This document shows positions 25,453-39,129 of a stretch of DNA of 64,000 nt, one piece after another (positions within the stretch are counted from its first letter, which is position 1; each line of letters starts with the position of its first letter). The translations under genes were made by a program, and so were the position numbers. Source of the stretch: Paramecium tetraurelia (Eukaryota); assembly GCA_000165425.1 (NCBI GenBank), contig CT868668.1, positions 124,001 to 188,000 of the forward strand, read 5' to 3'. The notes beneath the pieces were generated by a model, which was not told the DNA's origin, ran no database searches, and saw only the letters and a list, made by a program, of their open reading frames with translations.

Positions 25453-25791
25453 AAACATGACTTCACAATCACCAAGATTTCTAAGTTAGGACATCCATAC
25501 CATAGTTCCAAAGTATTTATAATTTAAGATTATTTATAGGGTTTGATCAAGATTGGTATATAACTATTTCTCTAAGACGCCACGCGAAGGGAGTTGAGTT
25601 TGATTTCACTATCCTATATGTACCCTCTCCATAAAGTGATACGCGAAGGTTAAAAATCCGGATCGCGAATTCCGGAAGACTTTCTGCACTCTCCAGATCA
25701 TCTAGCCTTGTCCTTCCACCTCCCGACAAGCTGTTGGGGTATGGAAGCCAGACTGTTTTCTTGACCTTTCTGCCTGTTGCTACTCATGTTT
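25453..25791. other. GC/CpG-rich structured island (candidate ncRNA or mobile-element fragment)
   Basis: About 47% GC over 25571-25790 (104/220 hand count) in an AT-rich context. Contains hairpins and a terminal 8-bp inverted repeat aaacatga/tcatgttt. Confidence 0.4.
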
Positions 25792-26447
25792 ATAAAATCC
25801 TAAGATCTCCTAATGTAGACTAAAACTTAATTATCATAATAATCAAATAAAGTGATTTTCTCTTTCTTTTTCATATTTTAACCTAATAGTTTAAAATTAA
25901 AAGTAAAAACATGATTTTGAAATGCTTTGATTCTAAAAAATACTAAAATAGTAATTAATCATCATTATATTTTCCTTCTTAATTTCCAAAAGAAATTTAT
26001 TTGGTACTATATCCTTATCAATAACTGGTTATTTGTTATAATTGGACTATGAAATTATAAAACGAATAAATATCTCCAAAGTATTTTTAGATGTCATTTT
26101 TGAAACACTTACTCTTATCGATGTCTGATTATGATCCCTGATAGTTTTTAAAAAATTCTTGAGAAGCGTATCTACTTTCTCTTCTTGATTTTGGAAATAA
26201 AATCATCATAAATAAATAATATGAATTAGAAATATTTACTTATATATAAATGATACTATTTGACTTTTATAATGTTGTAATATCTACGAGAATCAGAGTA
26301 ATAATTAGAATATCCATTGTAATCTTTATAATTTTAGATAATATAATTCAAGATTCTCGAGAGATAATTAAAATATGTATTTATATTTAGATATATCTTC
26401 TGTAATAAATGTACTTAATAGTGAGTCGAATTGATTAATTAAAAATA

Positions 26448-27638
26448 ATGTTTGTTGAAGATTATTATAGGAGACTCATAAAATAGGAATGTAATATAAC
26501 TCCTAAGGAAATTAAGACTGATAGGCCTTGGTACCCAAGAAAATTCTAAAACGAAAGCAAGAGAGACTAATATAAGTTCTTTATGCTACCTCCCAACAAA
26601 ATGGTTACTTTACTAAAAAAAAATAAATTGTCGGCTCCCAATGAAAAGATTAAAGAATTCTTGCATAACCACTCCTTGAAAAAGATGGTTGATTTTGGTG
26701 AAACCCTTCAAAGTACATTGGATGTGAAAGTACAAAGACCGTCGATTTAAATTCTAACTCCTAAAAATAATACTGTGGGACGATAATTATTTCCAGTTAA
26801 AAGAAGGCCCCTCTGTTTACCTTCAACAAGAGTTATTACTGAGCCTAGCAAGAAATCATCCTCGTAATGCAAGAGTGTGCATAAATTAATTCGACTAAAA
26901 TAAAGCGACCATTACCAGGAGGAACTTTATGGCATAATTAAAAAACTTAATTATTCTCCTCTGAGAGTTGATGCAAGTTTTCTCAAAAAATAGATCTAGC
27001 CTCCAAAGGTTGTTTAACCTCAACCAGATATAGAACCTGAGATTCCAAAAAGTGTATTACCCTATCCTCCAAGAACAAAAAAATAATTACGCTCATTTCT
27101 TTTGAGGGCTTTGAAGAAAATCAAAGCTTTGGGTCTTACAATTAAATATGTTATGGAGCATAAGATATTTTCAAAAAAACCATATGAGAAATAGTATTCA
27201 AAGGAATTTATTCATGCAGCCAAGTAGAATAAAATAGAAGAAATAGAAAACTATCTTCAAATCAACCCTTATTTGGTGTTTGATTATGATTTCTATAACA
27301 TGACAGCACTGCATTGGGCTTGCAAAAAAGGGTATCTGCAGATAGTAGAGATGTTATTGAAATACCATTCAGATATTGATGGAGTCGATATCCTATATCG
27401 CACTCCATTGATTCTATCGATTCAAGAAAATCACTTAGATGTTACACATTTTCTATTGATGAACGGAGCCTACCCCTGGAGTACTGCCATAACAGATTTG
27501 AAAAGTATTCTCGAGCAAAATGAACGTGCTAAACTTCTCCTCACGAGGGTTAGAAGGGTAATTATTTAGTGTTATTATTTGTAGTTATAAATAATGGCTA
27601 AATGGACTCAATCAGGAGAATATTTGAATCTAATTTGA
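26448..27638 (+). CDS. Ankyrin-repeat protein
   Basis: DFYNMTALHWACKKGYLQIVEMLLKYHSDID and YRTPLILSIQENHLDVTHFLLMNGA. One intron near the 3' end. Confidence 0.88.
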
Positions 27639-27774
27639 CTATAAATATGAATTTAAAATTTATAATTAATAACTGGTTTAATAATTAATAAGTCACGTGA
27701 CATATTTTTGAATCATATGAGTTGGTAGTGAATTACTATATATAAATATATTTAATAAAACTCAAACTTATCGA

Positions 27775-28230
27775 ATGTATGCAGATTGTGAAGACTATCT
27801 GTCTTCTACATCAACTTAAGACGATTACGGAACATTGAATGTAAAGTTGAAGACAGAATTCTGTAAATATTGGACCGAAGGAAAAATATGTCCATATGGC
27901 AATAAAGTAATACATTATTGTGAGATTCTTAGTGTTACTTTGCACATGGTGAAGAATAATTGTTGTCAAAAGACGTTCCTAAAAATTATAGAACTAAAGA
28001 ATGTAAAAATTTCTAAGAATTTTTTTGTAAATATGGTCAGAGATGTCAATTTTCGCATATGCTAACCAAATACTAAATGCCTCAATTGAAGTATTGGACT
28101 TCAGTTGAGAAAATAGAAGTGGGCTCAATTAAAAAAAAGTATTAAATATTTGGAATAATTTAGGCATCGCTTAAAGATATTTAAATCGATAACCAGTGGA
28201 GTTTATCACAAACAATAGAAACAATAATGA
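27775..28230 (+). CDS. Tandem CCCH zinc-finger (TIS11/tristetraprolin-like) RNA-binding protein
   Basis: KLKTEFCKYWTEGKICPYGNKCYFAHG and YRTKECKNFQEFFCKYGQRCQFSH after splicing. Confidence 0.88.
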
Positions 28231-28296
28231 TTTTATTTCTTATCCCAATTCATATTTAAATAACAAATTACAATGATAATATCAATTAATTGTTCA

Positions 28297-29380
28297 TCAT
28301 TTGTTCTTCAAGAAATTATTTGTAAATTCCCAAATGATTTATTAATGATCAAATCCTTCTTTAAAACTCTCCTAACAATCTTAGATATAGATATCTCTCA
28401 AAGGGTCTGAGGAATTTCTAAAAATATACAATAACATCAAAGCATTAAATTCTGGATGAAATTGAACTCCCAAAATGTGATCACCTTAGAATGCATAATT
28501 TTCACAATGACGTGCGCTCATTACAACCTCAGTGTTCTTAGGTAATTAAGCTACATAGTCTCCATGGATTTAATACACATTGAGATTGTTTATTAGTTGA
28601 TCCTTCCATTTGAATTAAGTTGAAAGAGCTGTTCTCCCTACTTACATCCTATCCACATGATTCATCTTTTAGGCCTCTCCCCCCAAACTATGAGCTAAGA
28701 CTTAATGTCCAAAACAAATCCCAAAAAGTTTTATTTTCATTTTGTCTGCTTCTCTTAAAAACTTAAATAGTGGTTCCTTCCATTCTTCACTCAAATCATA
28801 GGCTGCACTACTAGATCCTGTGATGATAATACCATCCAATCCTTATAAATCTGGGAATTTGTTCTCTATAACCTGAACATTTAAAATTGTATTATACCAA
28901 ATAAACTTCCCAATCCTCATTCTCCTCTTTATAAATACCAAAGTGCATAGCTTCCATTATATTGACATATTCTTTATAATATAGTGGCTCTGTTATCAAT
29001 AAGGCATATCGTTTTTTTATATCCTTAGGTGTATATTATTTAAGAATATCAGGAATTATTTCAGATTTAAACCCAAAGTTAACATTATAATTTAAGAGAA
29101 TAACTTTTTCTTATGATGTTGCTTTTAATATTACTCCTTGATTGACAATACCCAAAAGTTCTTTGAATTCTTAGGTTAGGAGAAGATCTGCATAAAGCTC
29201 TATTGTTAGATCCTCCTGAAATTTTTATTATTATTGCATCAGAAAACGAGCAATTGCAAAAAAGTCATTCGGATCAAAATTTGGAGAATATTTAATAGAG
29301 TAGAGTTCTAAAGCTTCTGATTTGTAGATGAAGTGATTTTCTGACTGTATGATGAGAGTTACTTATTTGTTAAATTCCAT
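28297..29380 (-). CDS. Stand-alone class I glutamine amidotransferase-like protein
   Basis: GIIITGSSAAAYD, GICFGHQVLAHSLGG (catalytic Cys), HGDYV, GVQFHPEF (His-x-Glu). Confidence 0.88.
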
Positions 29381-29651
29381 AATAACTTCTATAATATTTA
29401 AATAACAAAAAATAAATTAATTATATAAAATAATTAAATAACTATTGATTTAATCTTTTAAATCTTGAAGTTTCTTTTGTTCTTAAATTTATCTATGAGA
29501 ACAAATTGTCTCTAAAATCTTTTATTTATTAATTAAAATTTAAGGAATTATCATTTTTAAAGATGATATATCATCCTTTACATTGATTGAGGTTATGATG
29601 ATTATCTCAAGACTTCAATGTTTTTCAAATAAATAAATGTATCATTAATAA

Positions 29652-31483
29652 TCATTCTGGAATGACATTTACATGGATGAGACTATTATCCTAAACACCA
29701 AAATCATTCAAAGTCATGTCTTTTCCTTCCATTTAAACAACTTCAGCTTCCTCAGTTACCTTAAATAAAATTAAAAATATACTTATATTGATAAAGCTAT
29801 CTATTTGATCGGGATGTTTACCAGTTTTGAAATCATCATTTTCACAGGTTGTAAACCAGTATTTCCCATTAATTTCTTTGGTGTAGGCTTATCCTTTAGT
29901 TTTCCAACATGATCTATGATCTTTATTGTACAATATTAAGGTTATTGCACTTGTTACTTTGCTTGTGTGTATACTCCCTTAACAGTTGGATCAATTTCAT
30001 AAGGATTTCCATATTTTTTAATTAGTTCAATTACTTTAGGATGATTCTATTTAGCGTAATTGATAAAATCATCATAATCATAATAGTAATGTTTGACATT
30101 CTTCAACAAGAAATATTCTTCAAATGAAGATTTCAAGTAAAATATCTCTGAATCCTTTCTTTCAAATTTTGTAATTTCACTGCCATTAATGATTTAAACA
30201 CTAGAAACCTCTGCAATAGCTCTTTATCTAACATATAGCTTTCCGAATTTATCAACTAATGGATTATGTTTAATTGATAGAGAATTCAATTATAAGTTTC
30301 CTATTTTATTCAAGAACTATGCTTATGCAAAATGATTGTGATCTAAAGCCAAATGTTTAAGAGCCTTAAAATCAGTAACCAAGGGCAAATCCTTCAGATT
30401 ATTCTTATTTAGTATGAGTCTATCTAAATTTGGTAAATGTCCAAAAGATTTTTAAATGCATTCAAATTATGATAAATCAGTTTATTCTAAGTTTAATACT
30501 TTCAAGGCTTGTAAATCTGTATTTCTATATTACAAATTCTCATAATCAACTAAAATATTTCTACACAATAATAACTATTAAACCATTGGAAATGCAGGGA
30601 TTATCAAGGAAATATCCTACCAAGTCAATTACATTCCAATTAAAACCAGAATTTCTACATGTTTACCACAACCATCTACAGGAATTTCTAAGTGTTTTCC
30701 TTACTCGTAATCATAAATCATGTAATCTTGTGTTTATGTGAATATTTGATTTTGAAACTATTGTTATCCAAAAGTTTCAAGTTTTGATAATTTATTACTT
30801 GAAATTGACAATTCTTTTAAAGTTGGTAACTATGATACTAAAACAAAGATTTGATGCCAAGAATGGAACAGATTATTCTCCAATCCCAAAATTTTGATAT
30901 TTTTAAATATACTTCCAACAAAACCAAATGGTCCCATAGTTGAAACATTTTAGGACTCTAAAGATAGTTCCTACAAAGTCTCTAAATTATTCAGCTTTTT
31001 ATAAATTTCATCAAATCCATAAAACTCAACCATCTTCTTTCTTTTTTTCATTGTTTCAAAAAATGCTGTGTCATCAAATTCAATTTTCACTTATTTTTAA
31101 TTTATAAGTGTAATAACTTTGCTCTTCTCGTCTTAATGGTTAGCCAAATCTGAATGTTCTTGAAGGAATTCATCTTTTACTTGTTCCTACACCTCCATTT
31201 CTTGTAATAATTATGGAGGGATTTCTTTGAAATATTTCAAAAATAATGCTTCCCACAATTTATTACCAAAACTCACCTTCTCTTTCTTTAACAAACTACC
31301 TGAATTAGCCCCATCAGTTGTTTTGAAATATGTGTACCCTTAAACAGTGCCATTATGTCTTCCTCTATCGGCCTAATCCCATTCTACTCCCAACCAAATT
31401 TCATCTCCTTTATTCTCATGCACCAAGGGACCTTCGTATTTCACAGTGGCTTTTTCACCTTAATACACTATTCTCTTATTCAT
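29652..31483 (-). CDS. TBCE: Tubulin-specific chaperone E (CAP-Gly + LRR + UBL)
   Basis: ATVKYEGPL..WLGVEWDQADRGRHNGTVQGYTYF (CAP-Gly), LRRs, and a C-terminal ubiquitin-like tail DMTLNDFGVQDNSLIHV. Confidence 0.88.
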
Positions 31484-31867
31484 ATTCAAAATAAATAATA
31501 TTAAAGACTCTCCTAAATAGATTGTAGCTTCTTAATAAAAGAAAATAATTCAACTGATTAATTCTTATTTATAAAATGCAGTTTTTTGCTTGGTTTATTA
31601 CATACATCTGTATTTACAGAATTAGGACAAATATATGTTGATTCATATAATTATTAATATAAAACTAGACATTTTTAATAAGATACTCCAAAAATTATAT
31701 TATTTAATAATATCATCAGATATATCAATTCGAGATTTTTTAAGGAATTTGAACTTAAAACCTAATTGATTTCACTTAATTTTTTTCAGAATGACCATTA
31801 TACTCCTTATATGATATATTCTCAATTGTGTTTTAGTGGAGAACAATTTGTAATAATATAAATTGAA

Positions 31868-33477
31868 ATGGAAATAAAGTATAAACTACCTCCGCTTCCA
31901 ACCAATATCGTTGATATTTATAATAAGATGACTAAACAAAGAAAACAGTACTATAGAAGGTAAGCCTCACAGATGTCAACGATATGCAAACTATTAAAAG
32001 TGTGTGTAGGAACTGTTGTGTTAGCATTTCCTGAAGGATTTAAAAAGGTGTATCTTACAGGTGGAATATTAGTATTATTTATTTGTGGCTTACTCCAGTA
32101 CTATTCTTGGACACTGCTTATAAGAGTTATTGAAGAGAAGGCTGAAATCAAGAAGAAAGAAGAATAAGAAAAATAATAGGCTCAAGCTCAAAATAACTCT
32201 TAGGTCATGGAAATAGAGATGGTCACATAGACATTGCCTCAAGTGTCATCTCAAAGATCCTTATCTTAAAATGGTAAATAAGAAGAAGAATTCGAGGAAA
32301 TAATTGGTGATGACATTATAGATGATATTGAAGATGAAGATAACAAAAAAATAAGGTAGGAAGAAGAAGAGTATCGCAAATAGGCTAATAATCCTCTTGC
32401 AAAAAAGGCTATTAAATTTGAAAAAATGAATATGATGGGCGTCATGCTTGTCATAGATCCAACTAGTAGAGTTTTGGTCATTATATCCAAAATAATGACC
32501 ATCCTGCTATTTTATGGCTAAGCTTTAAGTCTATTAATATTCTGTAAGCAAACCTTTGATTAGATTATACCTAATTTTGCTGATAACCCTTTGAATACTC
32601 TTTATCTAGCAATTTGTACAATAGCTTTCATAATGGCATTTTCATTTATCACAAGAATGGAAACCCTAAAATAAACAACAAACATTGGTTCCTATTTAGT
32701 GTTCATTGTCATGTACTTCTTTACTTGTGTTTGTCTATATTAAATAAAGAATTCTGGGTCCTCAGAGAATAACCCTACTATTAGATATGGAATAAAATTC
32801 TCTGAGCTTCCTTTCTTTTTTGGTGTTACTCTTTATTCATATGATATTAATGGTATCCTTACTGAAATTAGAGAAGAAATGAAACATCCAGAGAAATTCA
32901 GAAAGAATTTAGCTTCCTCAATGCTGATTTGCTGTATAATTTATACATCATTTGGAGTATGTGGATATTTGGCATTTGGGGACTCTACCTAAGAGCTAAT
33001 AACATCTAATTTGTTAAATGTAGTTTCAGATATTGGGTTAGGTATTCAAAATGCTTTCTATGCATTATAAATGACGTATGTTTTATCCATGATTTAAACA
33101 ATCTTATTATAAAATGTTGTTTGTATTAGATTGATGGAAGAATTGCCATTTGACTTTTAGAAATCAGATGTGAAACCTATTTTGAGCATTTGGTCTAAAT
33201 TTGCCATTCGTATTCTATACATTTCAGGTTGTGTGGTATAAAATAAAGAAATATTTAATAGTTTGGTGGATATTATTTGACTAATTTTAGTACTATAATC
33301 TCCTTACTTGGGTGTATACCATCTGTATATCTTGGATTTGTGATGCCATATTATTTATATAAGAAAGTGTTCGGGAGATAGAAGATGTATCTGGAAATAA
33401 TAAATGGAACAGTGCTATTTTTTGGAGTGGCGGGTGCAATATTAGGAATAATTCAAATATTTGGTGCCTTGTACTGA
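31868..33477 (+). CDS. Amino-acid transporter (Aa_trans/AAAP family) with acidic Gln/Glu-rich insert
   Basis: LLKVCVGTVVLAFPEGFKKV..GG, FFGVTLYSYDINGILTEIREEMKHPEKF, FGVCGYLAFGD, multiple TM segments. Confidence 0.88.
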
Positions 33478-34049
33478 TTTAAGCTATTTTAAAATTACTT
33501 TGTATATTTTAATAAAGTAGATTAAATAAATTTAATATTTATTAATTATAATCTAAATAACTGTGCGAAGACAAAACACAAGGGATTTCTTTGGGAGAGT
33601 ATTATGATATTGAATAGATTTATATAAATGAAAATAATTAAAGCCCAATATAAAAAAAAAACTGAATTCACTCAATGTTTTATCCAATAAAACTTAGGAA
33701 TGCTAAAATAAAAATTATTACGATATCAATGCAAAAATGTAAATTAGTAATTATACGCAATTTTTGTTCTAAATATTACAAATATTCACTATATAAAAAT
33801 TGCTTTTTCAATATTTATTTTTGAAACATGATAATTATTCTAAATATCCTAAATTGCATAACCAAATATAAATAATTTAAAGTAATTATACTTTAGAGTT
33901 TTAAACCTTTCTCAAACACACACTCATAGTCTTGATAATAATTTTTTTTCAGTTTTAAAATTACAAATTCAGAAATTTTTAAGAGAATTGTTCTTGGAAG
34001 TTAAACTTTGATATCGGAGTTGAATATCATATACTAATTTAAATATAAA

Positions 34050-34553
34050 TCATATGTATTCATGCATCTTTAGATATCCATATATAAATAAGACCAAATA
34101 AAATGCAATTACAATCTAAGCAAAATAAAAACAATAATCTAATAATTTGCTTCTATTTATCATATCATTGTGATAATAAACATGCAAAAATCCATCATTT
34201 GATTTATACTTTTTGAAAACCAACTATAACTTATTTTCTAAATTTAGCAAATTAATCATACCATGTTTGAGCAATGCATATCGTCCATTTTGCCTTTTTA
34301 CGTAAAAGTACATGTTTTTAGCTCCGTTTAAAGACTCGTGAATTTTATACATAACAGGATATAAAGTAGAATCCTTATTAAATAACCATCTTAATTCAAA
34401 TTTCAATCATGATTACCTATTATCATCAATCTTCTTTAATTTTGTTTAAGGATATGGTTCAACAACTACTGGAATGTAATTTTTACAGGCTGAGAACTCT
34501 TTATTTTACTTCCTGTTAATTAATCCTTCTTCCTCAGCATTAACTTTATCCAT
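34050..34553 (-). CDS. ATG8-like: ATG8-like ubiquitin-fold protein with C-terminal transmembrane helix and no terminal Gly (2 introns)
   Basis: NYIPVVVEPYPQTKLKKIDDNRWLFNKDSTL...KYKSNDGFLHVYYHND matches ATG8 RIPVIVEK..DIDKKKYLVP..HKDEDGFLYVTYS. It is followed by LLDYCFYFAQIVIAFYLVLFIYGYL-KMHEYI-TGA. Confidence 0.8.
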
Positions 34554-34699
34554 AAATATTTTATTATTCAAATATAATAATCAAATTTGAAAATAAGTTT
34601 TGACAATTATTCTAAAATTTGAGATCTAGTTTCAATACAATATATAACAATAAAATATGGTAAGAATTTAAATTTACATATATATAAATGTTTAGTATT

Positions 34700-37600
34700 T
34701 CATTATAATTATTTCCGGATAGTGTTATCAATTGATTTAGGCTTTTGTTCAAACAAATGTTTTTTTTAAGACTAACTTTGCTGCTAATTCAATTATTTCC
34801 TCTCTGGAGTTGGAGTTGAATTATAATTTTAGTTATTCTAGATTTCATCTATTACTGATTTTAGCCTTTGAATCTCTTTTTATTAATTAATATTCTCTCT
34901 TTCCATTTCTTCCATTCTCTTACTATTCTTTGTCTTGATAAATCCTGCCTTTGGTTATTCATATACTCCATGATCAGGCTAAAAGATATAATATAAATAA
35001 TTACCTATCTCCTTAATAAGATGACTTCTTATTCATATTACTAGCATAGATTTTTCAATCTTTCAGTTGTCTGATGATTATCTTCAATTTAGGAAATCAT
35101 TTATTAATGATGATCTCTCAATGAAACGTTTTCTTTCTAAAGTTATATAACTATTTCATGTAAATCAGCATTTTCTCCTCTAACTCTTTCTAATTCTCCA
35201 GTTAATTATGAATTAGTCTATTTGAATATTTCATATTCTTGTAAATCAGCAGCTGTATCAGTTTTATGTTATTCCAACTTTTCCTCCAACTTAAGCATCA
35301 TTTAATTCATTTTTTCTTTTTCAACGTCATTAGCCTCTTTTTGCTTAGCTTCTTGCAATTTTTATTTTTGAATTTCTTTTTATAATTCATCCTAAACGTA
35401 TTATTGCTTTTAAAGATTAGCTTATAGATCTTTGATAGTGAATTCAAATTCTTATTGCTATTATTCATGTTATTATTTATTTAACTGTTAATCATTTAAT
35501 AAGTTCTTATTTTATGAAGAAACCTTCTCTAATTACTCACTCAATTGTTTAATAAGATCATTCTATTATTCTAACCTCCTTTATTATAAGGCGGCTTCTT
35601 ATTTTCGAGACTATAGTTCAACAAAGGCTGACCTACTAGATTTATCCAGATCTTCATATTCTTAATCTCTCTGTAGAATTTATTACTACAATTGAGATTA
35701 CAAATGATCAAGTTTCTTTCCTTAACTCATTTTCTCTTATTCTAATTATTCAACATATTTTTAAGCATCTGCTGACAATCTATCATTCTCCTTTCTCAAT
35801 ATCTAGAGTTCCCTTTAAAAATTGGTGAATTCACTTTAACACTTTTCAGCTACAATTTCTTTTTCTGACAACTCTACTTATAATTTCTTAATTTATTCTA
35901 CATTTTATTGGTTTAGTTATTTCAATTAATCAATCTTCTTCTTCTGTCTTGCAATTTCACTCTCCTTTTATTATAGAGCATCTGATAACTAATTGCGATC
36001 AGTTTACAATTATTCATTAGTATGCAAAATAGAATCATTCTCTAACATCAATTAATCCATCTATCTTTATTATTTATTTGCTGATTCCAACTATGCCTTG
36101 TCAATCTAGATTCTAGAAATATCAAATCTAAGTGATTAGCATTGATCCTATTGAGTTTACAATTCTTATCTTAACTAGTTTAATTCACTATCTTATTACT
36201 AATAATGTACTGATAATTCCTGATGATCCTGACTTAATTGTTAATTCTGTTACCCTAATTATTTTATTTACTTTTTCTATTCATTAATCGTTTACTTTGC
36301 AGTTTACAACTATTAAGTAACTTCTTAATATTAATGTCCCAAATCCTATTGAGTGTTATTCAACTCCTATTCTAATTCTGATTTCTCTAGATAAACCTTC
36401 TCTAATTCTGCTTATTATTGTAGACTCTATTTCTTTAATTTGTCATACTCCAACTAAGCCTTTTATTAATAACTATTCATTTTGCTGTTAAATTATGATA
36501 TAGAATTCTCTTTAAATTCTCCATATTCTTTTTATAAAATCGCATAATTAGTTTCTAATTGTTCCCTCAATTCAACTTAAGCTGTGTGTTCTGACTCTAT
36601 TTGGCTTATCTGAACTTTGGCTTAATTAAGACTTTTTTGAGTTTCTTCCAATTAGCTCTTCATTAAATCCTTTTATTTGCGTATTTTATCGATTTCAGAG
36701 TTGAAATTAGCCTCTTTTTATTTAAGTTGATTTAATTAAATTTCAAATTCAACTTTGGATGTTTTTTCCAAAAGAGCCGATTAATTCAATTCTATGAGTT
36801 CCTACTACTTTTATTCTAATTATTCTTCATACTCTTTGATTAGATCATCTTTCTCTTAATCAAATTTATGAGTGATATTTTGATTTTCTTATTCAAGCTT
36901 TTCAATGATTTAATGAGATTCTTATAATTATTTTTCTAAAAATTGTTGATTTCGTAAGTGTTCTTAAAGTTTCTAATCTTATAATTTATTTGAAGATTCG
37001 ATATTACGTTATAACTTTTGAAGTTGTAACTATAAATCTTTATTACTTGATAGTTGCTTTTGTAATTCTTAACTCTAATTTTATAGATCCTATTTATACT
37101 TAGCAATTTATTCTTGTTATTTTTTCTTATCCTATTATAAATTATCTACCATTAATTTATGTTCCTAAAGTTATTAGTTTAATGAGTTAATTTAAGATTT
37201 CAATTCATCCTCTTAATGTCTAGCCTAAAGTAATTCATCATTCAATTAGATTATTTGGACTTAGAACTATTCCACAGTACTAGACTATTTCCTATGTGTA
37301 TTTCGTTATTATTCTGATATAGGAATCTACTATTTATATGATGGTTATCTTGAATGATCTTCATACATTCCTCCTCTTAATTCAATCATAGGCTCTTCTT
37401 AGGAAGGAGAGATAGATTTTCGTTAAGCATCCCCTTATTTTTATTATTATTATCTTTGATTCTATCTAAATGAATTAAGTTAATCTTATTATTATTATTA
37501 TTGTTCAAATGTTGGAGATATTGATTTTCTTTGGATTTACTCTGGTTATTTATAGGATTATTGTCTTTAGCTATCTTTTCTAATAGCTCTTTAATCTGGG

Positions 37601-38583
37601 GCATTTCCCTCCACTTCGTATGGTACTATATTTTATCTTTGATAATCTGATTGCACTTATGATTAACGCTTTGAGTGTTAAGCTGATCCTTAGAGCTGAT
37701 CGTACGCTTAATCATTTCTAATGGGGGAAATTTATTTTTGATCTTTATCCTAAAATGCTGAGGAATGTTTTCTAATGGGATCTTAGGCTTGAGGGTTCCT
37801 TTATTAAGCATTGGTATATTCTGGAACTTCGTATTAGATCTAATTAGATGATTGGTTCTTCTTTATGCTTTTTTAACTACCTTTTATAATTTAACCTGAT
37901 TATGATGGTTATTGACCAAATAACTCGATTTACTGGTTTGGGGTAGAATAATATTACTATTGATAATCTATATTTTGGAGTGATTGACTTTAAGAAGATT
38001 ATGATTCTATGACTTCTTTGAGCTAATTGATTTGATTTTGCATATATTGTTTGTCACGTACATATTATTGTTCTAGTATTTGTTTCTCTTACATAATTTA
38101 TTCGGCTTTTCTTTCACTGGCCCTAGAGAGACTTCTACTCTAACTTTTTAATCTCATATCCGTTAATGCTTCTTCTTTCAAATCAAGGACTTTCTTCAAC
38201 CTAAGACAATAGATGTAAAGATTACTTTGTGATTTCCTTTTTGGCAGTAAGTAATTCCCCTTTATATTTTGAGGCATGTTCAGTCTTCTCACGAACCAAC
38301 TGCAACAATTTCTCATTTTCTTCAAGTAGTTTTTCCACCTTCCCCTTATTTGGAGATTGACTTTCTAGATTTTACACTCTTGATTCCAATTATTTCAATT
38401 TCTATTCACTATGTTATTTTTATGGCGATTCCGTGTGAAATACTTATGAATGATGTATGTTAACGACTACGAAAGATCTATGGATATAATACCTCTGTCA
38501 ACCATTACCGGTGTTGCCATTACAGGCAAAGGAACTGGAGGCAATGATCTTGAGATTTATAATGGCGCAACTGCAACTCTCAT
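34700..38583 (-). CDS. Very long Gln-rich low-complexity/coiled-coil protein (~1270 aa)
   Basis: Code-6 frame starting MRVAVAPLQISRSLPPVPLPV, Q/E/K-rich heptads, at least 2 tiny introns, ending SIDNTIRKQLQ-TGA. Confidence 0.75.
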
Positions 38584-38607
38584 TTAACAGAAATGTTATA
38601 ATAATAA

Positions 38608-39110
38608 TCACTCATACTCTAAACTTAAATCAAATATATGTTCCTAATTGATTACACTCTTTACTCCATAATACAATGCAAAACCAAAGTAAGAATAAAC
38701 CAAGCCTCTATAAAATATATAACAATTGACTACTTCTTGAGTTTAGGAAATGTTATTAATCTATCTTCGAAATAGTAATCCATAAATGGAGATTGTAATT
38801 TCAGAAGAAAATATCTCAATCCTATGGTACTAACAATTGCCAAGAACACATTTGTATTTAAATCCATTAATCTGCATAGAATGACTCGATAATCAATAGG
38901 ATTTTGAATCTTATTTTTATTGAAAATACTCCACATCATAAATTTTAATGCTTTCCATTAGCGATATTATTATTACTCTCTCACACTCATTAATTCAAAT
39001 TCTTATGGAATATGTGGACCAGTCTTCTTATATTTTCCATCTTAATATTGATATTTGTAAATTGTGAAAGTCTCAGGATTTGTCACATAAAGAAATGGTT
39101 TTTAAATCAT
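38608..39110 (-). CDS. Small membrane protein (about two hydrophobic segments), 1 intron
   Basis: MIQKPFLYVTNPETF...TNVFLAIVSTIGLRYFLL...GLVYSYFGFALYYGV...LSLEYE-TGA. Confidence 0.72.
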
Positions 39111-39129
39111 TCTAATTATATTATTATAA

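Noticed and set aside
25355..25787. Minus-strand frame from ATG 25787 is in frame with the WD40 ATG and has one TGA (25698-25700), suggesting a selenocysteine or readthrough N-terminal extension
   Set aside because: With only one stop codon, 100+ codon open stretches arise by chance. The peptide resembles nothing I recognise, the TGA is not in a CxxU/UxxC motif, and I saw no SECIS.
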